A stretch of DNA of 64,000 nucleotides, taken from an uncultured Actinomycetota bacterium. Lineage in GTDB: Bacteria; Actinomycetota; Actinomycetes; Mycobacteriales; Micromonosporaceae. Location of the stretch: positions 559,621 to 623,620 of the forward strand of contig CAWKND010000005.1 of assembly GCA_963850915.1 (NCBI GenBank), read 5' to 3'. Under the pieces are notes generated by a model. The model was given only the letters and a program-made list of their open reading frames with translations, searched no databases and was not told the DNA's origin. A program made the translations under genes and the position numbers. Below are positions 1 to 8,174 of the stretch, in pieces. Positions within the stretch are counted from its first letter, which is position 1. Every line of letters starts with the position of its first letter.

Positions 1-2250
1 GCTGGTTCACGCCGCCGTTCGCGGTCCACTGCTCCAGCTGGGTACCCGTGCTCGTGGAGTTGCCGGGCACGTCGAGTACCTGCCGCGAGCCGATGTTGGT
101 CAGCGTGAGCCAGCCGGCCGCGCTGCCGGTGAGCTGCCACTGCTGGCTGGTCGCGCCGGTGAACGCCGACTGCACGGCGAGGCCGGAACCGTTGACGCTC
201 AGCGCTTTCCCGCTGTTCTTGTTGACCAGTTCGTAGCTGTTGACGAGCGGTTGGGTACCCACCGGGGTCACCGCCAGGTTGTCGAACTGGTCGGTCTGGT
301 ACCCGTTGATACCCAGACCCGACCTGGCCGCTGGGGTAGCTGGAGTCGGTGGCGCTGCCCAGCGTCGTACCGTCGACCGATGCGGTGATGGTCGATCCCT
401 GGAACGTCACCGCCAGCCGGTGCCAGGTGTTCAGGCCCAGGCTGGCCCGGCTGCCGGAGGCAAGCGTGGTGAGCGTGCCGGTGTTGGTGTTCTTCACGAT
501 CGACCAGGCACCGGTGTTGGCGACCTGGAGGTAGTAGGCGTTGATGCCGGACACGTTGAAGCCGCGCTGGCTGCCCACCCGGCCCATCACCTGTACCGCG
601 CCGGCCTGCTCGAACAGCGCGTCCGCCGCCACCGTGTAGTCGCGCCAGCTCAGGTCACCGAGCAGGGTGTACGGGTTGGCGATGGTGTTCCAGGTGATCG
701 GGGCGATCGGTGCCTGCTGCCGTACGCACAGCCCGCTCCGGCCGCCGCCGCAGGTCGCCGCCTCGAACGCGCCCTGCTGCTGGGAGAGGAGTACCGGCTC
801 GTGCCCGAGCCGTCGCACCGTCGAAGGAGTCCGAGTACGGCAGCGCGAGCGGCGCCGGTGCCGGACTCGCCTGGGTACCCCGGCCCTGGCCGGAGCGTGG
901 TGGTGAAGGAGTACACGTACCCCGGCTGGAGGGTGACGGTGTACGAGCCGCCGGACGGGGTGACGTCCGGCTGGTGTACCCAGTAGTCGGACAGGTTGTT
1001 GGAGCGGAAGTTGCTGGCCCACACGTGCACCGTCGCGCCGGCCGGCAGCCCACCGGTCACCGAGAAAGTGACCTGCCGGGCGGCGGTGGCGTCGATCGTC
1101 TCGGCCACCACGCTGTACGCGCTGTGGTTCGGCCGCCTGGTAACTCACGTACGAGCCGTTGGCCCGGTCGCCGCCGAAGTACCCGCTGGCCGAGTCGAGG
1201 TACTTCCAGCCCGGCTGGGTCACCTGGGTGGTGTGCGCCGTCGCCCACAGCTGCTTGCCGACGTCGAACGAGCCGGCCCAGGGCTGGTTGGCGACCATCA
1301 GCGCGTCGGTCGGGAACGGCAGGTTCGGGTAGATCGAGGCGATCAGCGGCCAGTTGATGAACGAGGTCATCTTGGCGTCGAGGTACCCCCGGTTGATCGC
1401 GCGGGCCATCGGTGCCGCCCCGGAGTTGTAGTCCTCCGAACCGTTCTCGCTGGCCCACAGCTGTTTGCCGGTGTTCAGCGAGTTCTGCGTGGTGGAGCAG
1501 CTGGTCATCGCGGAGACGTAGCCGCACGGGTAGTGGGTACCGATGATGTCGATGCTGGCCGCGAAGGTCGGGTCGGCGACCATCGCGTCAGCCACGTCCC
1601 AGCCCGAGTCGGCCCCGACGACCAGCGTCGAGTACCCGTGCGAGCGCAGCCCGTTGTGCAGGTTCTCGTAGAAGGTCTTGTCGTAGCCCTTCTCGTTCCA
1701 GCCGCCGAGGTAGTCGATGGTGAGTCCGTTGCCGGCCGCGCAGCCCATCCAGTCGAGCAGGTAGCTGCACGGTGTCGGTGGACCAGAAGTTGCCGTTGCC
1801 GGGCCAGCCGGGTGCGCCCCAGGCGAGGCCGTACAGCTTGATGTTGGGGTTGCGCGCCTTGGCCTGCGCCATCAGCCACCACTCGTAGCCGCGGTCGCAG
1901 TTGAGGTCGCCGCGGGTGTGTTCGTGACTGGACTCGGCGCCGTCGGTGGAGTTGGTGTCCCCACCGATCTCCACCTTCAGGATCTGCAGGGACGCGCCGT
2001 AGCCCGGCTTGAACAGGTAGTCGAGGATCTGCGAGCGGTACGGCTCGGGGTAGTCGATCAACAGCCGGCTGTTGCCGCCACCGCCGCTGATCGCGCCGAT
2101 GCCGTCGAAGGTCCGGCCGGCGGCGGTGCCGTTGAGGGTGATGCTGTCGGCCGCGCTCGCGGCCGTGGCGGTGACGAACACGGTGGTACCGGCGGCCAGC
2201 AGGCCGGCCACCACCAATCCGAATCTGCGCAGGGTGGTACGGACGTGCAT
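1..2250 (-). pseudogene. Secreted GH59-like (galactocerebrosidase-like) glycosidase with a C-terminal ricin-B/CBM13 lectin domain. The frame is broken about 5 times and the 3-prime end runs off the window.
   Basis: ATG at 2250 opens signal peptide [33 protein letters not shown], followed by GH59-like text [35 protein letters not shown]. The protein continues only by switching frames: [29 protein letters not shown], then VVAETIDATAARQVTFSV, then SGQGRGTQ..LPYSDSFDG, then EPVLLSQQQGAFEAATCGGG, then LGINGYQTDQFDNLAVTP..QQWQL..QLEQWTANGGVNQ (ricin QxW repeats). Switches are near 1767, 1145, 895, 807 and 317. Confidence 0.7.
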
Positions 2251-2330
2251 GGGGGACCCCTCTCGGTGGTTCGCGGGACGACGCGTAACGAAAGGCGTGC
2301 GTGGGTCCGTCAATTGAGCACTTCTGTTGA

Positions 2331-2366
2331 GATCGAAGTCAATACCTGTCGAACCATGTTCGAAAG
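2331..2366 (-). promoter_or_regulatory. Putative promoter/operator upstream of the GH59 gene
   Basis: The minus strand reads CTTTCGAACATGGTTCGACAGGTATTGACTTCGATC. TTCGAA-type motifs lie upstream of a TTGACT -35 with TCGA directly after it. The same layout occurs at 3433-3462 and 16350-16381. Confidence 0.4.
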
Positions 2367-2436
2367 TGGTGACTTCGTGGCTGGGGGTGGGCAGCACGGA
2401 TCGACCGGAGAGCTGGGTTCAGGCGCCCGCGTCGGG

Positions 2437-3150
2437 TCAGGTTCGAGTGGGGACGGCCGCGCGCTTACGCCGGGTGGTGGGCGTGGTCAGGTTCTCCGGC
2501 GCGGAGGTGACCAGCGCCTGCGTTGTGTACTCGATGTGTTGGGCCAGCAGCGCCGAGGCGCGCTCTGGATCGCGGGCCAGTACCGCGTCGCGAAGCGCCT
2601 GGTGCTCGCCCGCGATATCCCGGGTGACCTCGGTACCGAGGTGCCGCGCCCAGCGGCGGTAGAGCTCTGACGCGTCCCGCAGTGACGCGGCGATCTCGCG
2701 CATCCGGGGACTCGGGCAGCCGTCGAGAATGGAGGCGTGGAACGCGGCATGGGCGGCGGCCCAATCCTCGTTGACCGCGTCCGGCTTGGCCAACTCCGGC
2801 GTGTGCGCGAGGGTGTGGAACGCGGCCACCAACCGGGACTCCCAGGCCAGGTCGCCGTGGTTGATGGCGTGTCGCAGGCACAGCGTCTCGATGTCGATGC
2901 GGGTGTTGGTGAGGTCGCGCAGGTCCTCCTCGGAGACCGAGGTGACCCGGAACCCGAGCTGTGGCTCGGACTGCACGAGCCCCTGCTCGACGAGGCGGGA
3001 GAGCGCCTCGCGCAGTACGCCGACGCTGGTGCTGTAGCGGGTACCGAGGTCGGCGAAGGGCAACCGCTGGCCGGGTAGCAGGCGACCGGTCAGGATGTCG
3101 GAGCGCAGGTTGGCGTAGATGCGCTCGGCTCGGGTCTCGCTGCGTGCCAT
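2437..3150 (-). CDS. GntR-family (FadR/FCD-type) transcriptional regulator
   Basis: Winged-HTH text ERIYANLRSDILTGRLLPGQRLPFADLGTRYSTSVGVLREALSRLVEQGLV plus a helical C-terminal domain. ATG 3150 was chosen (alternative ATG 3186). It is divergent from the operon starting at 3537. Confidence 0.85.
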   Translation of the reverse strand: MARSETRAERIYANLRSDILTGRLLPGQRLPFADLGTRYSTSVGVLREALSRLVEQGLVQSEPQLGFRVTSVSEEDLRDLTNTRIDIETLCLRHAINHGDLAWESRLVAAFHTLAHTPELAKPDAVNEDWAAAHAAFHASILDGCPSPRMREIAASLRDASELYRRWARHLGTEVTRDIAGEHQALRDAVLARDPERASALLAQHIEYTTQALVTSAPENLTTPTTRRKRAAVPTRT

Positions 3151-3188
3151 GGCTGACAGTGTAGGTACTCCTTGAGAAATAGCCATAA

Positions 3189-3218
3189 TCTCGAAAGTGC
3201 AGCGCGTGATCGAAAGGT
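3189..3218. promoter_or_regulatory. Two TCGAAAG half-sites upstream of the GntR gene
   Basis: TCTCGAAAGTG lies at 3189-3199 and GATCGAAAGGT at 3208-3218. They are related to the TTCGAAA motifs at the neighbouring promoters. Confidence 0.3.
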
Positions 3219-3432
3219 CGTGCTGCCGCGCTACCGGACCCGCCCGGCGGCCGTATCGCCGCAGTTCGGCGCGTACCAACGGTTCTGGGCGAAGCGGCTG
3301 GCGAGTTGACGGGGTCGTGATCCGGACACACCGAGCACGCCAGTGCGGCTGACGACGTCAACGAAGTGGACCGGCGCTGATCGGAAGTCCGGCTCGGTGC
3401 ACAGAGCGTGCAAACTAACGGATCGTCGTCGA

Positions 3433-3475
3433 GATTCGAAAATCTATTGACACGTCGAATTGCCGTGATGATACT
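3433..3475 (+). promoter_or_regulatory. Promoter with flanking TTCGAA-type operator for the 3537-15352 operon
   Basis: The sequence is GATTCGAAAATCTA-TTGACA(3447-3452)-CG-TCGAATTG, followed after a 17 nt spacer by GATACT (3470-3475). This is an AT-rich island in GC-rich DNA, 60 nt upstream of ATG 3537. Confidence 0.5.
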
Positions 3476-3536
3476 CGGCGATCAAGAGATTTGCCTGGCT
3501 GGCGCGGGGAACCGCGGTCGACGAAGGGCGCGGCGC

Positions 3537-4652
3537 ATGACGATTGATCACGTCGAGGTCTTCCGGCTGACCCAGCCGGTCGCCATACCGACCGGTCCGT
3601 CCGGCGCGACGTACACCCATCGCAGCTCGGTTCTGGTGCGGCTGCGGGACACCGACGGAGTTACCGGCTGGGGGGAGACCTACGCCCGGGCCGGTGTCAC
3701 GGCGGCTATCGGTGAGATCGGTGACCTGCTGCTCGGCCGCGACCCGGCGGACAGTCGCGCGCTGCTCGACGCGCTGCGCATCGCCAGCGCCGACCAGCTC
3801 GCGGTCAGTGCGCTCGCCATCGCCCTCGACGACCTGCGCGCCCGCCGCCTCGGCGTACCGATCACGGCGCTCTACGGCGGGCGGCGCCGGGACACGGTAC
3901 GGGCCTACGCCTCCAGTGGCGGGTACCTCGTGGACGTCGAGCCCGAGCTGAGCTGGCCGGCCGAGGTGGCCGCCGCGCGGGCCGAGGGGTACACCGCCGC
4001 GAAGATTCGCATCGGGCGCTTCGCCGCCAGCCGTGAGCTGCCCATCCTTGCCAAACTGCGGGACGATGTCGGGCCTGACTTCGACCTGATGGTGGACGCC
4101 AACGGCGCCTACCCGGTGCCCCGGGCGATGCAGGTCGGCCGGGCCCTCGGCCAGTTGGGCTTCCGCTGGTTCGAGGAGCCGCTCATCCGCCATCGCGGCG
4201 GCCTGAGCTACCCGGGCTACGAGCACCTGGCGCCCCTGGAGATCGCCGTGGCCGCGGCCGAGGGGCTGGAGACGCGGAGCGCCTTCGACGCCTTCCTGGC
4301 CCGTACCCCGGTCGACATCGTCCAGCCGGATGTCGGCATCTGCGGTGGCATCGGCGAACTGCTCTTCGTCGCCGAACTCGCCGCACTGCGCGGCCGGCAG
4401 TGCGTACCCCACGCCTGGGGCGGTGCGGTGCTGCTGGCGGCGACACTGCAGGCGATCAGCCTGCTGCCCGAGCCGTCCGAGTTGGCCGGGGTGGACTCGC
4501 CGCTGCTGGAGTTCGACCGGTTCGACAACCCCATGCGTACCCGGCTCGCGGCCGAGCCGGTCACCGTCGCCGACGGCTGGGTCACCATCCCGACCGGGCC
4601 GGGTCTCGGCATCACGGTGGACGAGGAGTTCGTCCGGGCAACGGCCGGATGA
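3537..4652 (+). CDS. Enolase-superfamily enzyme (mandelate racemase/muconate lactonizing family)
   Basis: The N-terminal capping domain begins MTIDHVEVFRL. Barrel metal-ligand contexts are MVDANG, WFEEP and AAAEG, with a His context at VPHAWGG. The KxK position reads AAKIRIG. Confidence 0.85.
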   Translation: MTIDHVEVFRLTQPVAIPTGPSGATYTHRSSVLVRLRDTDGVTGWGETYARAGVTAAIGEIGDLLLGRDPADSRALLDALRIASADQLAVSALAIALDDLRARRLGVPITALYGGRRRDTVRAYASSGGYLVDVEPELSWPAEVAAARAEGYTAAKIRIGRFAASRELPILAKLRDDVGPDFDLMVDANGAYPVPRAMQVGRALGQLGFRWFEEPLIRHRGGLSYPGYEHLAPLEIAVAAAEGLETRSAFDAFLARTPVDIVQPDVGICGGIGELLFVAELAALRGRQCVPHAWGGAVLLAATLQAISLLPEPSELAGVDSPLLEFDRFDNPMRTRLAAEPVTVADGWVTIPTGPGLGITVDEEFVRATAG

Positions 4653-4719
4653 GCACACACCCCGACAAGCACCTGGAAATGGCATCGCGCAACGACATCT
4701 GGCCGATCGGAGACGCTCA

Positions 4720-6276
4720 ATGACGAATGTGATCAGTCGACGTAATTTCCTCAGAACAGGTGCGGGGGTGGCCGTCGGTGCCGGGCTGCTGGCCCTGGAG
4801 GCCTGCGGTCCGGACAAGAGTTCCACCAGCCCCGGTGCGACCGGCCCGAGCCCCAAGCGGGGCGGGACGCTGCGCTGGGCGGTAGCGGCCGGCAACGCGA
4901 CCCAGGTCGCCGACCCGGCCAAGGCCAGCGGCACGATGCCGCTGCTGATCGCCACCAACTGCTACGACACGCTGGTACGCGCCGACCAGGACTACGCGCT
5001 CACGCCGGCGCTGGCCACCTCGTGGGAGTCGACCCCCGACGGGCTCACCTGGACCTTCAAGCTGCGCTCCGGCGTGACGTTCCACGACGGCAGCCCGCTG
5101 ACCGCACAGGACGTCGTCTACTCGTTCACCCGCATCCTCGACCCGAAGGTAGCCGCCGTCGGGCTGGCCCAGATCGGCCCGTACCTGGCCGCGTCCGGGA
5201 TCAGCGCACCCGATGCCGGTACGGTGAAGCTGACCCTCACCAAGCCGAACGCGTTCATCCCGGTGATCGTGTCGGCGGCCGGCTTCAGTGTCGTCAAGGC
5301 CGGTGCGACCGACTTCAGCGCCGGCAACGGTACCGGCCCGTTCACCTTGACCGGCTTCGACGCGGCGGCCCGTACCTCGCTCAAGCGCTTCGACGGGTAC
5401 TGGCAGAGCGGCATGCCCTACCTCGACGGCATCGAGGTCGTGGTGATCGCCGAGGACGCGACCCGGCTGCAGGCGGTCACCTCCGGTACCCAGGACGTGG
5501 TGGACAACATCACCGGCGCCTCCACGCTGCTACTCAAGGGCAGCGTCGAGCCGTACATGCTGAAGAGCGGCGGCTGGGTCGGGCTGACCATGTTCGGCGA
5601 CACGTCCCCGTACAACAACCAGAAGATCATCCAGGCGATGCAGTACGCCGCCGACCGCAAGAAGATCATGGGCGTCGTTGCCCCGGGCATCGACATCACC
5701 ACCCCCGACATCCCGATCCCGCCCTCCGACCCGTTCTTCCCGGCCGGCCTGACCGCCAAGCCCTACGACCCGGACAAGGCCAAGTCGCTGCTGAAGGATG
5801 CCGGCGTCAGCGGCACCTTCAACTTCGACGTCTACGCCTACCAGGGCGACAAGCTGGACACCGCGGTCAGCTTCAAGAGCACCGCCGAGGCGGCCGGCAT
5901 CAACGCCAACGTCATCACCTGGCCGCACGCCACCTTCTTCACCGACATCTTCAAGAAGAAGCCGGCCATCGGTATCAGCGTCGCCCGGCTGCACATCTCC
6001 CAGGCACTGCCCCGCCTGTACGGCGCCGGCGGCGACCTGGCCCTGACCCACTTCGCCAACCCGCACTTCGACGACCTGGTCGCGCAGGCCACCGCCAGTA
6101 CCGACCCGGCCAAGCAGAAGACGCTCTTCGGCGACGCACTGGGCATCATCAACGACAGCGCGGCCAACGTCATCCCGGGCTGGGAGGGTCAGGTCTACGG
6201 CAAGAGCACCAAGGTGTTCGGCCTCTCCGCCGCCAACGGCGCGCACATGTACCTGGCCGGGGCCTATCTTGGCTAG
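4720..6276 (+). CDS. ABC transporter substrate-binding lipoprotein, family 5 (peptide/nickel/opine type)
   Basis: Tat-like signal plus lipobox MTNVISRRNFLRTGAGVAVGAGLLALEAC, followed by a family-5 SBP-like body of about 518 aa. Confidence 0.85.
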   Translation: MTNVISRRNFLRTGAGVAVGAGLLALEACGPDKSSTSPGATGPSPKRGGTLRWAVAAGNATQVADPAKASGTMPLLIATNCYDTLVRADQDYALTPALATSWESTPDGLTWTFKLRSGVTFHDGSPLTAQDVVYSFTRILDPKVAAVGLAQIGPYLAASGISAPDAGTVKLTLTKPNAFIPVIVSAAGFSVVKAGATDFSAGNGTGPFTLTGFDAAARTSLKRFDGYWQSGMPYLDGIEVVVIAEDATRLQAVTSGTQDVVDNITGASTLLLKGSVEPYMLKSGGWVGLTMFGDTSPYNNQKIIQAMQYAADRKKIMGVVAPGIDITTPDIPIPPSDPFFPAGLTAKPYDPDKAKSLLKDAGVSGTFNFDVYAYQGDKLDTAVSFKSTAEAAGINANVITWPHATFFTDIFKKKPAIGISVARLHISQALPRLYGAGGDLALTHFANPHFDDLVAQATASTDPAKQKTLFGDALGIINDSAANVIPGWEGQVYGKSTKVFGLSAANGAHMYLAGAYLG

Positions 6277-6279
6277 ATC

Positions 6280-7287
6280 ATGAAGCAGAACGTCACGGAC
6301 GTCGGGCGCCTTCCGCACCGGAAGGCGCCCCGGCGCCGCCCCCCGTACCTCGTCCGCCAACTGGTCAAGCTGGTCGTCACGCTGTTCGCCATCACCATCG
6401 TGATCTTCGGGATGACCGCGCTCGCCGGTGACCCGGCACGCGACATCCTCGGCCAGTACGCCACCGACGACCAGGTCGCCGCCTTCCAGCAGCAGCATCA
6501 CCTCAACGATCCGGTGGTGCTGCGCTACCTGCACTGGCTCCTCGATGTACTCCACGGCAACCTGGGCATCTCCTACCAGTCCAACGGGCCGGTGTGGGAC
6601 GTCATCTCGCCACGGCTGGGCCCGTCAGTGGTGCTGGTGCTCTTCGCCTGGCTACTCACCGTCGCCGTTGCGGTACCCATCGGGCTGATCTCCGGCGTGC
6701 GCCTGCGCGGCGCCGCGGACGCCTCGGTGAGCCTGGTGACGCTGATCGTCGCGGCCTTCCCGGAGTTCGTCATCGGCCTGATCCTCGCCGTCGTACTCGG
6801 CGTCTGGCTGGCCTGGCTGCCGGTCGACTCCACCCAGGTGAGCGCCGGCGGTGTGCTGGACCACCCGTCGGCCTACGTGCTGCCCGGGATCACCATCGCG
6901 CTCGGCACCATCCCGTACATCATCCGGTTGATGCGGGCCAACGCCCGTGACGTTGCGTCGCAGACCTACGTGCGCGCTTCGGTCCTGCGCGGGGTGACCG
7001 AGCCGTCGCTGTCGCTGCGGCACATCCTGCCCAACGCCGCGCCGCCGGTGGTGACCGCTCTCGGGCTCCAGTTCGCCGGTCTGATCGGAGGTGTGGTGGT
7101 GGCCGAGACCCTTTTCGGGTTCCCCGGCATCGGGCAGCTGCTGGCCCAGTCCGCGGCGTCGCGGGACGCCCCGGTCGTGGAGGCGCTGGCCCTGATGATC
7201 GGTACCGTCTTCGTCGTCGCCAACCTCGCGGCCGACGCGATCGTCGTCTACGTCACGCCCAAGCTGCGCGACCAGGTCCGCTCATGA
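6280..7287 (+). CDS. ABC transporter permease (DppB/OppB-like)
   Basis: Multi-TM protein with DppB-type N-terminus LVKLVVTLFAITIVIFGMTALAGDPAR. It sits in operon position after the SBP. Confidence 0.85.
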   Translation: MKQNVTDVGRLPHRKAPRRRPPYLVRQLVKLVVTLFAITIVIFGMTALAGDPARDILGQYATDDQVAAFQQQHHLNDPVVLRYLHWLLDVLHGNLGISYQSNGPVWDVISPRLGPSVVLVLFAWLLTVAVAVPIGLISGVRLRGAADASVSLVTLIVAAFPEFVIGLILAVVLGVWLAWLPVDSTQVSAGGVLDHPSAYVLPGITIALGTIPYIIRLMRANARDVASQTYVRASVLRGVTEPSLSLRHILPNAAPPVVTALGLQFAGLIGGVVVAETLFGFPGIGQLLAQSAASRDAPVVEALALMIGTVFVVANLAADAIVVYVTPKLRDQVRS

Positions 7288-8174
7288 GCGCCGACGTGCT
7301 GGCCACCATCCAGGCGGTGGACATCGTGGCGCCCCGGCAGCGGCGCTGGCGTGGCTTCCTGGCCATCCCGCAGGCCGCCCTCGGCCTCACCCTGCTCGTG
7401 CTGCTGCTACTCGTGGTCATCCTCGGCCCGTTCCTGGCACCGGATCCGCCCAACAAGATCAGCGCACAGCCGATCCTCGGCCCCTCCGGGCAGCACTGGC
7501 TGGGTACCGACACCTACGGGCGGGACATCCTCAGCCGGGTACTGCACGGTGGCGCGTCGGTGATCCTGCTGCCGTTGCTGGCGGTCTCCATGGCGATGGT
7601 GGTCGCCACCGTGGTCGGGCTGCTCTCCGGGTACCTCGGCGGCAAGGTCGACACGGTGGTCACCTGGGTCATCAACATCGCCCTGGCCATCCCGTCCTAC
7701 CTCGCGGTACTCGTGGTGGTGGCGGCCTTCGGCGGCGGCGGTGCGGTGGTGGTGGTCGCGGTGGCCGTGGTCTACGCGCCCTACATCACCCGGGTGCTGC
7801 GCTCGGCCACCCAGGCCATCGCGCCGAGCGAGTTCGTACTCGCCGCCCGGGCCCGGGGCGAGTCACTGCGCTGGATCCTGTTCCGCGAGATCATGCCGAA
7901 CATCGGGCCGACCCTGCTGGTCGAGGTGGCGCTGCGGTTCACCTACGCGATCATGTTCATCGCCTCGCTGAGCTTCCTCGGCCTGGGCGTACAGCCGCCC
8001 AGCTCCAACTGGGGCGTGATGGTCGCCGAGAACCGGGTACTGCTGCTCATCCACCCGATCGGCGTACTCGCACCGGCGCTGCTCATCGGGGTACTGGCGA
8101 TCGCGGTGAACCTGATCGCCGACGCGCTCACCCAGTTCTTCGGTGACCGCCTGCACGAACGGTTGATGGTATGA
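7284..8174 (+). CDS. ABC transporter permease (DppC/OppC-like)
   Basis: Multi-TM protein with text HWLGTDTYGRDILSRVLHG typical of DppC. Its start overlaps the upstream stop by 4 nt. Confidence 0.85.
   Translation: MSADVLATIQAVDIVAPRQRRWRGFLAIPQAALGLTLLVLLLLVVILGPFLAPDPPNKISAQPILGPSGQHWLGTDTYGRDILSRVLHGGASVILLPLLAVSMAMVVATVVGLLSGYLGGKVDTVVTWVINIALAIPSYLAVLVVVAAFGGGGAVVVVAVAVVYAPYITRVLRSATQAIAPSEFVLAARARGESLRWILFREIMPNIGPTLLVEVALRFTYAIMFIASLSFLGLGVQPPSSNWGVMVAENRVLLLIHPIGVLAPALLIGVLAIAVNLIADALTQFFGDRLHERLMV

Noticed and set aside
3444-4958. A 504-aa ORF antisense to the enolase-superfamily and SBP genes. Similar long antisense or out-of-frame ORFs include 7943-9565, 8128-9570, 9571-11088, 11807-13231, 13081-14469, 18027-19967, 39226-41424, 42015-43319 and 48892-50532.
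   Set aside because: Their composition is Arg/Pro/Gly/Ala-rich with no recognisable motifs. Each lies opposite to, or out of frame with, an ORF that has clear family signatures. These are the typical shadow ORFs of very GC-rich DNA.
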